64,000 nt of DNA from Vicugna vicugna (lineage: Eukaryota), in assembly GCA_013265495.1 (NCBI GenBank), contig MU058687.1:62001-126000 (forward strand), written 5' to 3'. The notes beneath the pieces are model-generated. The model searched no databases, was not told the origin of the DNA, and worked only from the letters and a program-made list of their open reading frames with translations. Made by a program: the position numbers and the translations under genes. Positions 1 to 41,891 of the stretch are shown piece by piece. How positions within the stretch are numbered: position 1 is the stretch's first letter; the number at the start of each line of letters is the position of its first letter.

Positions 1-29511
<29,511 letters not shown>

Positions 29512-31314
29512 TCAGCAAATGCTTCCTTCCACACTGCCTGGTCCAGAGGAAGGCTTGGAGGCGCACCTGTTAAGCGGGTGGGAGGAACTGGTGAGAGCTC
29601 TGGGTCAGCAGAAATTGGGAGCCCATAGCAGTACAGTAAGAAGAGAACTTAGAGAACAGATTGGGGGAGGGGGGAGGCCATGGAAATTAGAAGGACAAAA
29701 GAAAGACTGCAACATTTGAAGTATTCCTTGTGTCAGACCTTTGCTTCTAGTTCTTACATTTGTCCCACAGCTCAGCCCTCATCTCCTTATGAGGGATTGT
29801 GGCTTTTCAACAGTATCCCAGGCTTCTAGTTCTCCCCCAAACATTGCTTTCTCCCTCTTCAAAAAGCTTACAGTGTAAAGTTCAGACTACTCAGCCTGAG
29901 TACACTCAGGGATCTCCCTGAGTATGACCCCAGTTTGTGATCTTGTCCTAACACATAACCTCTTCTCTCCACTCTTCTAGCTCTTCGCCCAGTGTCCTTC
30001 CCTCCACAAGTAGAGCTTCCTTCTGTGACCTCTACATGAAATAGCCTTTCTTCCATACTTGACACAAATTCTATCCATTATTCCAGGCCTGGCTCAATTC
30101 CTTCCTGCTCCATAACTCTTTCTTGACCTATCCAGGTCTCTGTGTGATACAAGAATTTATAAATTCCTGCTAGTCCATTCCAGTTATTTTAACTTTTAAC
30201 CCTGTGACACCTCACATCACTAAATATTTGGCTTTAACTGCACCGAAAGGACCACGTCTCCAGTATGCTGTCCTTCAGAATCACCCAGTACTTTTCCATA
30301 TTGCTACATAGTCTTCAGTGTTTAATAGCTGCAGAATATTTTATCAAGTAGGTAAGTCACCTTAGATTTCCTTAATTTGTGGGCAAGCTGTTTCCAGGTT
30401 CTAGCTAGCATGGAAAACACTGTAGAGAACAAATCCCTAGAGTTAGTGCTTTTAAAAATATATTCCTTCTGAAGCACTTCCTCAGCCTTACAATGATAAC
30501 TGGCAATTATGGAGTACTTTGCTAAAGGCTTTACACTGGGAAGATATTATGGTCTTTATTACCTATGGGAAGAAGCAGAGGCTCACAGAAGTAGGTAAAT
30601 TACTTCAGACCACATGGACCGTAAGTAGAAGAGTCAGGCTTCAAAGCCACCTGCCAGATTCCAACCCCAGAGCACTTCTGTGCCACACTGGCTTTGGCTT
30701 AGGCTCCACTCTCCACCAGTCACTGTGTTGGCCTTGCCATTCCCAGGGGCTGGTAGGCCTCCCCACACACATTAAGCAAGAAGGTGAGGCCATTATTCAG
30801 TGTCCTGTCATGATTTGTGTCTTTCCTTTCCTTTGCACAAGGTGCCCGTTAGCCTAGATCTGACTCCTTTCTCTTTCTTGCACAATACCCAGCACAATAC
30901 CTTCTCTCCTTAGGGCTTGATTTGTTCCATTGTCTTCCATGTATTAAATCTGACCTCTTGGTGTGTTTCTTTTTGTTAGGGGTCAGCTTTTATCTAGATG
31001 TCACTAGGCCAGAATTAATAACCTAACTCAGATTAAGTCACACATGATTAATGTGATATCCCTCCAGAAATTTTTGCATGTAAGGTTAAATTTAGTTGTT
31101 CCATCTCTTCACAACCATGAAGGCAACATGGCCACAGGGCACTATTTAAAAAGTTAGACTAGAAAAATTAGGGCAAGCCTAGAGGGTGGTCAAAAGGTGA
31201 TATTTTTCCTTAAACAGTGCCTGCTGTCACTGGTTGAAAATGAATTGCTAGATGAAAACAATATTAGTGTCTTCCTTCCTTGTATATTTCCTAATAGGAC
31301 ATTGTATCATTCTT

Positions 31315-32480
31315 TTTTTTTTCCCTTAAGTTTGTGCTTTATTTTTAAAATTTAATTTAATTTAATTTTTATATATTTGTATTGAAGTATAGTCAGTTTG
31401 CAATGTTGCATCAATTTCTGGTGTACAGCATAATGCTCCAATCATACATGAACATACATATATTTGTTTTCATATTCTTTTTCACCATAAGTTACAACAA
31501 GATATTGAACATAGTTTCCTGTGCTATACAGTATGAACTTGCTATTTATCTATTTTATATATATTAGTTAGTGTCTGCAAATCTTGAACTCCCAATTTAT
31601 CCCTTCCCACCCTCTTCCCCCTGGTAACCTTAAGTTTGTTTTCTATGTCTGTGAGTCTGTTTCTGTTTTGTAAATAAGTTCATTTGTATCTTTTTTTTTT
31701 AAGATTCCACATATAAGTGATATCATATGGCATTTTTCTTTCTCTTTCTGGCTTATTTCACTTAAAATGACAATCTCCATGTCCATCCATGTTGCTGCAA
31801 ATGGGCTGATTTTATTTTTTTATGACTGAGTAGTATTCCACTGTATAAATATACCACAACTTCTTTATGCAGTCATCTGTCAGTGGACATTTAGGTTGTT
31901 TCCATGTCTTAGCTATTTTAAATAGTGCTGCTATGAACATTGGAGTGCATGTATCTTTTTGGATTAAGGTTTCATCTGGATATATGCTCAGGAGTGGAAT
32001 TGCTGGACCATAGAGTAAGTCTATTTTTAGTCTTTTGAAGAATATCCATACTGTCTTCCATAACAGCTGCACCAAACTGCATTCACACCAGTAGTGTAGG
32101 AGGGTTCCCTTTTCTCCACACCCTCTCCAGCACTTACCATTTGTGGATTTTTGAATGACGGCCATTTTGACTAGCGTGAGGTAATACCTCATTGTAGTTT
32201 TGACTTGCATTCTCTGATAATTAGCGATATTGAGCATTTTTTCAAGTGCCTATTGGCCATTTGTATGTCTTCACTGGAGAACTGCTTGTTTAGGTCTTCT
32301 GCCCATTTTTGGATTGGGTTGTTTGTTTTTTTATTAAGTTGTATGAGCTGTTTATATATTCTGAAAATTAAGCCCTTGTCAATCTCATCTTTTGCAAATA
32401 TTTTCTCCCATTCTGTAGGTTCTCTTTTTGTTTTGCTTAATGTTTCCTTTGCTGTACAAAAGCTTATAAGTTTAATTAGG
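31315..32480 (-). mobile_element. 5'-truncated LINE-1 (ORF2 C-terminus and 3' UTR)
   Basis: ORF2 C-terminal peptides (TCTPMFIAALF, WEKIFA), T-rich tail, and perfect 12-bp TSD tgtatcattctt (31303-31314 / 32481-32492). Confidence 0.92.
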
Positions 32481-34383
32481 TGTATCATTCTTAACATATC
32501 AATGTGTCAATATCTTGCCCTTAAATCAGGGGGCATTTTGATCCTAAACACTTGAAAAACAGAGTGAGGACTGATTTTACCCCAAGATGACTACCTATAT
32601 AGAATGACTTTGGGTGTCCTCAGATATATGCCCTTTAGCCTGTGACATATAGAATCTTTAGTTACAATGCCAACATCCCAGAAAGAATACCATATTATCA
32701 TTATCAGTTATTATAAATCTCAAGGAATAGTTATCATCATCTAAGATGACAGCTTGTTGAAAAAGAAGGAAATACATGATAGATATGTACTGTAATGGAA
32801 CTGGGACAGGACAAATTGTCTTAAGGTCTGTCAGAAGAGTCTTGTCCTGGACAGACTTAAAAGAGTCAAAAGACAAAAGGAATGAGGTACTTAAAAAAAA
32901 AAAAAAAGAGTCAAAAGACAAGCGTCAGGCCATATTCTGCACTTCCCAATCATGTCATCCTGGGCAAATGATTTAATATCCTTGGTTTGCCTGTTTGTCA
33001 GTCTAAAAATAGTCTGATACCTGTTCTAGTTTAGTGTTGATATAAAGCTCAAAATTAGGGAACATGTATGGAAGTTCTTTGCAAGCTGCAAAGTATTACA
33101 TAAATGTGAGGAATTTTTATTATTGATATAGAGCGTGGCTAATAGAAGGCAAGTCGCTGGGGCCCCACAGACACTGGGCACTTAGGGAACAGTCTAGGAA
33201 TACTAGGGCCCTAGGCAATGAAAAGAGAAGATGCATAGAGAAGGAAGAAAAGACCTACAAACAGAGTTTGGAAGCTCCATATTATCCAAACTAAGTGTTA
33301 CCTGGACCAACACTGAGGCAGGGTCCACTCCCAACAAATGGCCCTTAAGAACCAAAAGCAGAGTGGCAGGTCTTAGGTGCTTTTGTGCACTGACAGCATA
33401 AGAAATTGAATAAATAGCACCCTAAAGTTATTCAAACCTGGCGTAACTGCAGACCAGGCCCTGTAATCTGGTAAGCAGCAACCACTAGCACCATCTCTTG
33501 CACTTCTAGAACTTGGCTGGATAGGCAAGGGTAGGGTTGGAAGGTTTATGCTACATGCCTCCAGTTAAAGCCTGGTGTAAGAATCCAGAGTCAAAATGGG
33601 TGCTAGCTCAGATAGCAGTTCCAAATTTAGCTCCATTCTCCTAGTCACCTTCCCAGTCCCCTCCCCTCACCCCGTGGTCTGGTGCCATTATTCTGCAGAA
33701 ATAATTGAAATGGGCTAAATAAATAATGCATGCTAAAAGGAGTAATATCTTTTTTTTTTCTTGTTATTAAAGCAGTGGAAACTGCCACAGAAGAAAAGGC
33801 TGTAACCTTAACACAGTATCTTCTGAGAGCTTTAAAAAAGTAATATACTCTCATCTCCCCCAACAGACTCTGAATTTCTGAGGTTGGGCCCAACAGGGGA
33901 CAGTCAGCTTCTGGGAAAGTGTTAGATATGGTTAGAGGACCTTCTGCATCAAGCTATCTGAGGAGTTTGTTAAAATACAGATCCTTATGTCCAAGACTCC
34001 TGAATATTGATGCAGTAGGCTGCAAGTGAGGCCTAGAAATCTGCATTTTAACAAGCTCTCAGAAGTTCCAATACACATTAAATTTAGAGAAACAACATCC
34101 CCAAGAGGTATCTGTGAGATTTATGAAGGAAGCTTGGCTACTGGGGAGAGTAGGATCAGGGAACACAGCTTTTTAATCTGCCTTATTTCAAATCCCCTCT
34201 CTCTGCTGCCTCTTACCAGAAAGTTCCCTTCATTTTTTTTTCCCCTCTACTTTCTAATTACCATTCTTTGCCATGCACTAACACAGATATACTGCTGTCT
34301 CCTGAGATTACTCTGGAAACTCTACCATAAAGAAGATCTGTTCCAACTCTTATATAGTACAGATTTCAAAATTGAGGTCCAGA

Positions 34384-35720
34384 AGCTACATGTAAAAGAA
34401 TGAAATTAGAACATTCTCTAACACCATATACAAAAATAAAATGGATTAAAGACCTAAATGTAAGATCGGATACTATAAGCCTCCTAGAGAAAAACATAGA
34501 CAGAACACTCTGACATAAATTGCAACAATATTTTTTGATCTGTCTCCTAGAGTAATGGAAATATAAAGGAACAAATGGGACCTAATTAAACTTCAAAAAG
34601 CTTTTGCACAGCAAAGGAAACCACTTAAAAAGACAACCTACGGAATGGGAGGAAATATTTGCAAATGATGCGAGTGACAAAGGATTGATTTCCAAAATAT
34701 ACAAACAGCTGATATAGCTCAGTATCAAAAAAATAAACAATGCAATCAAAAATTGGGCAGAAGACCTAAGTAGATATTTCTCCAAAGAAGACATACAGAT
34801 AGCCAATAAATACACGAAAAGATGCTCAACATCGTTAATCATTAGAGAAATGCAAATCAAAACCACAATGAGGTATCATCTCACACCAGTCAAAATGGTC
34901 ATCATTCAAAAGTCCACAAATGGTAAGTGCTGGAGACAGTGTGGAGAAAAGGGAAATGTCCTACTGCTGATGAGAATGTAAATTGATGCAGCCATTATGG
35001 AGAACTATGGTGGTTCCTTAAAAAACTAAAATAGACTTACCCTATGATCCAGCAATCCCACTCCTGGGCATATATCTGGAGGAAACTCTAATTCGAAAAG
35101 ATACATGCACTTCAATGCTTATAGCAGCACTATTTACAATTGCCATGGCACAGAAGCAAGCTAAATGTCCACTGACAGTAAAACGGATAAAGAAGATGTG
35201 GTATGTATGTGTATATATGTATATACACACACACACATATACATACACAATGGAATATTCCTCAGCCACAAAAAAGAATGAAATAATGCCATTTGCAGCA
35301 ATATGGATGGACCTGGAGATTATTCTACCAAGTGAAGTATATCAGAGAGAGAAAAATAAATATCATATGATATCACTTATATGTGGAATCTAAAAAAATG
35401 ATACAAATGAACTTATTTACAAAACAGAAATAGACTGCCAGACATAGAAAACAGATTTATGGTTACCAGAGGAAAGGCAGGGAGGGTGAGATAAATTAGG
35501 AGTTTGGGATTAACAGATACACACTACTATATATAAAACAGATAAGCAACAAGGACCTACTATGTAGCACAGGGAACTATATTCAATATCTTGTAATAAC
35601 CTATAATGGAAAAAATCTGAAAAGGAATATATATACATATATCTGAATCACTTTGCTGAACACCTAAAGCTAACACAACATTCTAAATCAACTGTAGTTC
35701 AATTAAAAGAAAAAAACCCC
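34384..35720 (+). mobile_element. 5'-truncated LINE-1
   Basis: L1 ORF2 end and 3' UTR, A-rich tail at about 35703-35716, TSD core tgaggtccaga (34373-34383 / 35728-35738). Confidence 0.92.
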
Positions 35721-35990
35721 AGAAACATGAGGTCCAGAGAAAAGAGACTAAGATCAGTGCTGATTAGTACCTGAAGCACTACTGATCCTTTGGCACCTCT
35801 TCCAAAATCTTTTCAACTACTTCTGGTTGTCTTTAATCAGCTGATGATAATAAGCTCCTTCACATATTAATGAAGCATCAGTGTTTTGAAATTACCTTCA
35901 AAAGAGCTTCCCACACACAATCTTCAAAGGGAAGCAAGGTTCTGTCATCTTAACCTTCCTTAGTTTTAGGTTCCAAAGCTGCTTTTATTG

Positions 35991-36003
35991 GTTACCAGGC
36001 AAC
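35991..36003. promoter_or_regulatory. RFX X-box GTTACC-A-GGCAAC, candidate HEATR4 promoter
   Basis: Fits GTNRCC-N0-3-RGYAAC. Overlapping ATTGG (CCAAT on -) at 35987-35991. Minus-strand donor AAG|GTAATT at 35896/35895. Confidence 0.5.
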
Positions 36004-36769
36004 CATCTGTTTAGAATTCCCTGAGGCTACTCAGAGAACCTGCCCGTTCAATCAGGGATGTCTTCAGCTATTTACTAATTTTCTTCTTTGTAAAGTGAGC
36101 TTTGAGAAATTGCATTGTACTTATTGGTTGGGGGCCAAATCGATTTCTTGGTCACCCTTCGAAAAATAAATTTCTAGGTCTATGCAGCTCAATATCCCCC
36201 CACCCCCTCAACATTGGTTCATAAGTCCTACTGAGAAAGATGCAAAGCAGGGAACACATGAACACCCATTTCTGGCATGCTTCAGACCACCAGGCTGACA
36301 GAACAAATGGTAAAGCAGAATGAGTATCTTTGGGGCCTTTCCCATTCCTCTTTCATCTCTGCCCCTGCTTAATCTCCTTCCTTCACAACATTCAATTCCA
36401 TCTCTCCTGCTCCCCAAATTCTGGCCGGATTATCAGCCAATAACACTGTTTTTACAAGGGTACTCTTCAAGTCCTATATTCTTAATAATAAAATTCCAGG
36501 CCTACAGAATACTAGTCTTCCGGATTCCCCTCGTGAAAAGAACTGATTTGTCATGACAGTAAGGAAGATTTCTGGGTATAAGGTTCTGTCTTCAAGTTGA
36601 CCTAGGGCTGTGCTATTCAGGTGGTCACCACCTCTTGCTGACCAACCTGAGCACTGACTTTAGTGCCTCAATTTGTGTTCAGATCCTGGGACCCTCACAA
36701 AAAGGGTGAAAGGACATGTTCTCTGAGATGAAATGACTGAAAGACTTTTAAAAAATTAAACATTAAAAC

Positions 36770-37460
36770 CCTGGTTAAGGTTCCTCAAAAAATTAAACAA
36801 AATTACCATGTAATCCAGCAATTCCACTTCTGGGTATACACCCAAAGAATTGAAAGTAAGGGCTCATACAGGTGTTTGTACACCCATGTTCATAGCAGCA
36901 TATTCACAATAGCCAAAAGGTGGAAACAACCTAAATGTCTATCAGTAGATGAATGGATAAACAAAATGTGTTATATACATACAATGGAATATTATTTAGC
37001 CTTAAAAAATGGGGGGGAGGGTAGGGCTTAAGTGGTAGAGCACATGCCTAGTATACAAAAGGTCCTGGGTTCAATCCCCAGTACCCTCTCCAAAAAAAAA
37101 AATTAAAAAGTAAACCGAATTACCTCATCCCCCCAAAAATAAATTAATGAAAAAAAAAAGAATAAAATGCTGATATATGTACATACATGGATGAACCTGG
37201 AAGGCATTATGCAAAGTGAAATAAACCAGACACAAAAGGACAAATATTGTATGATTCCAGTTATATAAGGTATTTAAAATTGTCAAATCATAGAGACAGA
37301 AAGTGGAATAGTGATTCTCAGGGGCTGTGGTGGAGAGGGAAGAATGGGGAGTTGTTTTTTAATAGGTACAGAATTTCAGTTTGGGTGATGAAAAAGGAGA
37401 TGGATAGTGTTAAAGGTTGCACAACAATGTGAATGTACTTAGTTAAATATGCATTTTTAA
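36770..37460 (+). mobile_element. L1M 3' fragment containing a SINE insertion
   Basis: ccagcaattccacttctgggtatac and atgttcatagcagcatattcacaatagccaaaag motifs. Confidence 0.8.
37011..37159 (+). mobile_element. tRNA-derived SINE (camelid-type) inside L1
   Basis: gggggaggg...agtggtagagcac...ggtcctgggttcaatccccagtacc followed by an A-rich tail. Confidence 0.85.
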
Positions 37461-37637
37461 ATGGTAAATTTTATCTTTGTATATTACCAGTTTTTTTTTT
37501 AACCCTGTTTAATTATAAAAGCTATGGATTTTTTTTTTCCCCCTGTGGTAGAAATGTTGGAGAAAGAAGAAAATTAAAACTGCTCATAATACCCCAAAGC
37601 CTAAGACACAATAGTTTAGGGTAGTTTTCTACTAGTC

Positions 37638-37806
37638 TTTTTTTTTTTTTTTTGTATATGTTGTTTTTTCTTTCTCTCTTTTTTGAGGGGGCAGGTAATT
37701 AGGTTTATTCATTTACTTATTTTTTTAGAAGAGGTACTGGGGTTTGAACCCAGGACCTTATGCATGCTAAGCATGTGCTCTACCACCTGAGCTATACCTT
37801 CCCTGC
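37638..37806 (-). mobile_element. tRNA-derived SINE (camelid-type)
   Basis: Same family in reverse orientation; TSD ttctacta. Confidence 0.85.
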
Positions 37807-39266
37807 TTCTACTATTCGTTTTTAAAAATGTTTATATATATATTTAAGTTCTACAAATTGTTCTTTACATGCTTTCAATGTTATGAAAATTTCCTCATAT
37901 TCTTCTGGTGTATCATTTTTAATGGTTACTGCTCTCCTTTTATACAGTTATATTACAATTAAATTGATTAAACCAAATTTATATTGCTAGTTTGTTTCTA
38001 ACTTTTCCTCTGTTAAAACGATATAAGCACTGATATAGCCAAATATTTACATGCATTTATGAATATTTACTTAGGAGAAATTTCTAGCAGGGGAATTGTG
38101 AATCAAAGAGAATGCATCTGTTAAATATTCTTATTCAGATTGCTCTGAAAAAGTCATACCAGTGTATGTATCTACCAACAGTATATGAGTGTTTCCCAAA
38201 TCTCTGACATAGAACACCATCATGTGAAAGGCAATTAGAGCATAATGGTTTACAGAAAGGGCTTTGGAATCAGATTGTAAAGGTATAAATCCCAGCATTT
38301 CCACATTCTAGCTGTGTTAACCTTCAGCAAATCAGGCCATCACTCTGGGCCTTAATTTTCTCCTAAGGTTCTCGTAAGGATTAAGAGTTAGCTGTTATTA
38401 ATTAAATTCTTTAGTTTCTGAGACTCTTGTGAAAAAAATAAATGTACTGTGAAGTATGCCACAGAACCAGTACAAAAGTAATTGGAACTAAAGGGAGTTG
38501 GATGGTTAATGACCAGGGGGACTAGAGAACATCTGAAACTAGGTAAAAAGTTTCTGGGAAAGCTCATGGGGGTGACCTTATTAGGAGCAGAGGCAAACAC
38601 GAATTTGGTGGGCTTTAAGTTTATACAATTTGCAGACTTCTCTAATAAAAAAGGATATGAATTTATAAATGTAAAATCAAATTCAAGGCCTTGTAAGACA
38701 CCTGCAGTTAAATACGATGAAAAATTCACCACTGGGTGGAACCCACAGCTTATGAAAAAGTGGGAAAAGGTGAGAAGGTCCAGAGTGAGAGAGAGATAAG
38801 ATTTGCCTAAATGGAGCGACATGAGAGACCAATATAACAAAACATTAACTATTACCTCATTTGGCGATTTTTACATCCATAAGGGATGAAGCTAAGGTCA
38901 TACAACTAGTAAGAGGCCAGGCCTCTCAGATGTGGGATGGTGTGGAAAGCAAGTATATACACAGATAATACACAAGTAAAACACCATGGTGCACATTTTA
39001 AAAGAAAAGTTCTATGTTCATTAGCCAGTGTGAATTGCTTAACAAAGTGATAAAACTCAATTCCAGTCCACTCCTCTTGGCTATTAAGTTTGGCTACTGT
39101 AACTGTGCTAAGTACCAATTTCCCTCAAGGGCAGGCTAGGGCAGGCCTGGTCCAGCCCGCTCTGTACGAGCCAGATTCTGAGGGGCAGAACCAGGAAATT
39201 CCTTCCCAACATAAAGTTCTTCTGTGTAGTTGCCCTCTTGCTTTGGAAGGTGGGCCACTGACTGGC

Positions 39267-39279
39267 TGGACTTTGGCCC
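39267..39279 (-). promoter_or_regulatory. HNF4/DR1 element (GGGCCA-A-AGTCCA) about 130 bp upstream of the ACOT ATG
   Basis: tggactttggccc on +, containing the CAAAGTCCA HNF4 core on -. Confidence 0.55.
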
Positions 39280-40249
39280 TCCAAACTTAATTTTAGCAGG
39301 CTGCTCTGCCCCACTGGGCGCTGAGGCTGCAGATAGGCAGCGTGCCGCTAGAGCAGCCCTAATCAGTTTCTAAATTGCTCCACAGCCTGTTCAGTTGATC
39401 CGAGATCAAAATGGTGGACTCATTTCCGGCTCTCCTGCGACGGTCCAGATTCTTCCAACGGTGCCTGACAAGGTGGCCGCGGCTGGCAGGACCCACAGAG
39501 CTGAGACCCAGTGACCCAATCTCGGTGGCAGCAATAACGCTGGAGCCCGAGGGCCGCTGCTGCTGGGACGAGCCGGTGCGCATCGCCGTGTGCGGCCTGG
39601 CCCCGGGGCAGCGGGTCACGCTGCGCGCGTCCCTGCGCGACGAGAAGGGCGCGCTCTTCCGGGCCCACGCGCGCTACTGCGCCGACGCCTACGGCGGGCT
39701 GGACCTGGCGCGCGCGCCCGCGCTGGGCGGCAGCTTCGTGGGTTCCAGCTCTAGGCCCTGGAACCTGAGAAGCCCGTGCTGAGGCTGGTGAAGCGAGACG
39801 TGCAGACGCCCTTCGCCGTGAAACTGGAGGTGCTCGATGGCCACGAGCCCGACACCGGGCGGCTCCTGAGCCAGACGGTGCACGAGCGCGACTTCCTGCC
39901 GCCCGGGGTGCGGCGCGAGCCGGTGCGCGCGGGCCGGGTGCGCGCCACGCTCTTCCTGCCGCCAGGTGAGCCGGCAGCTTCCCAGGCTGTTTCTGACTGC
40001 CTTCCTCTTGTCTCTGAGAGACAAAAGAAAGGATGTAGGTAGCTCCCAACATTCCGGAAGCCAGGGGGGCCTGAAATTTTTGGGAAGACGAGAATGGACT
40101 GTGAGGCAGGCTGGGGAGGTGGCTCTGTGGCTCCAAAACTGAGCGGTCAGATAAAGGACATCACAAGGAAAGGGGAAAGACAGTTATATTAAAAAAAAAA
40201 AATAGTTTGAGGTATCCAGTCTAACGTTTTCTTTCAAGTTTCGCAATTT

Positions 40250-40717
40250 TGCAACTTTGTTTCTGCCAACTAAAAATTTGCATTTGCCACCTCTCTCTAC
40301 AAGGATTAAATCATGAGCTGCTGCAGCTGTTCAACACACCCTGACAGTTGTTCAGGATCGAGATCAGGAATGAGGCACTCTGCTCTGGGCAAAACTGGCA
40401 GAACAGGCCTTCAGATAGATTTTTTTCAGGAGAAGATTTTATAAATTCTCGTGTCTCCCATATCTAGAAAAACACTAAAATTATTAACGGTTACATCTGC
40501 TCCTTATGATTAGCAGCAAGCCTCTGCCTAAATGTGGGCTGGACTGCACCTTCCCCTGCTGACTGAAATCATATATAATAATGATGTTCCCCCTACCTGT
40601 TTGGAGCAGTTATGCAGAGCTATCTAAAATGCTGTCTCCCAGGCTATAGTCCTCATTTTTCCCCAAATGAAACCTAACTCGCAACTCTCATGCTGTGTGA
40701 TTTTATTTCAGTCAACA
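40250..40717 (+). mobile_element. Solo LTR, MER34-like (ERV1)
   Basis: Characteristic 3' end aacctaactcgcaactctca...tcagtcaaca; 5' boundary approximate. Confidence 0.6.
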
Positions 40718-41534
40718 GTTTTAACTCCCACAGTATACTAAGATGTAAGAAAATTAGCATGAAGGAGGAAGGCCTCTTTCTATCCACTGGAAATCACCTG
40801 AAATTACTGGTTAATTTTATCATTATATACAAAGCAACTGGCCAATGAAAAAATTAAAATATATTATCCTAATTAGGAATTGGAATCGCAAACCAAACCT
40901 ATACACTACATTTCACACCCTCAATATTTACCAAAACCTAGAAATCTAACATTACCAATTGTTAACAAATATGTGGAGGGAAAGGAACTCACATAAAAGG
41001 AATATAGTTATTCATCTGCTCTGGAAGCAATTTGCTTTTAGAAAGTTGACTGTGTCATTCTGCTCCTGGTACATGTGCACCAAGAGGTATTAATGTTTCT
41101 AAGAGCAAAAACAGACCAAATGTCTGTCACGTATAGAACTAATGAATAAATTGAGGTACATTTACAGCAGGAAAAGGGATTAAACTGCAGTTACAAGAAT
41201 CAACATGGATGAATCTCAAAAACAGTGTTCAGTGAAATAAGTCCCCAAGGAACACATTCAGTATTATTACATTTAGATAAAACTCAAAAAATAAGCAAAT
41301 AAACAAAATGCCATTTAAGATACATATGTAAGTATAATATTATAAGAAAATCAAGAGACAAAATCTATGGTAGTGGAAAGTGAGGGAAAGGGCACAGGTA
41401 CTTAGGGGGCTTTGATGGTAAGTACTGAGTTATTTCTTGAAGTGTTGGGTATAAAGTGTTTGCTTTATTATTATTCTTCAAATTTTGCACACCAAATACA
41501 AACTTTTTATATAAATGGTGAAAATATCCAATAA

Positions 41535-41891
41535 CTAGGATCATACAGTAGGTAGCTTTTTGAGTCTAGCATAATGCATTTGAGATTTATGTGTGTTGCT
41601 ACCTATATTAGTAGTTTCTTCTTCTTGTCTCTTAGAAGTTTCCCATCATATGGATGTACCACAGTTTGTTTATTCATTTGCCAGCTGAAGAATATTTGGG
41701 TTTCACATCTTTGGAGATTATGAATAACGTCACTGCAAACACATGCATCCAAGTTTTTGTGTGAACACAAGTTTTCATTTTTCTTGGGTAAAAACCCAGG
41801 AGTGAGAGTGCTGGGTCATATCTTAAGTATATGTTTAACTTTACAAAACACTGCTCAGCTGTTTTCCAAAGTGGCTGTATCATTTTGCATT
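41535..41891 (-). mobile_element. Old L1M 3' fragment interrupted by the ERV; resumes at 47347-47410
   Basis: gtggctgtatcattttgcatt | ccacctgcaatgtatgagagatccagttgctcc joins as contiguous L1 sequence across the provirus. Confidence 0.75.

Noticed and set aside
31812..35393. ORFs of 75-141 aa in this interval as host genes
   Set aside because: Those with recognisable sequence are frameshifted L1 ORF2 pieces or their antisense frames; the others show no coding features.
37011..37090. tRNA gene
   Set aside because: It has a poly-A tail, dispersed diverged copies and an insertion inside L1, so it is a SINE.
38388..38840. Overlapping 150-aa and 105-aa ORFs upstream of ACOT
   Set aside because: No recognisable protein or exon structure; the region looks like degraded MIR/hAT repeat.
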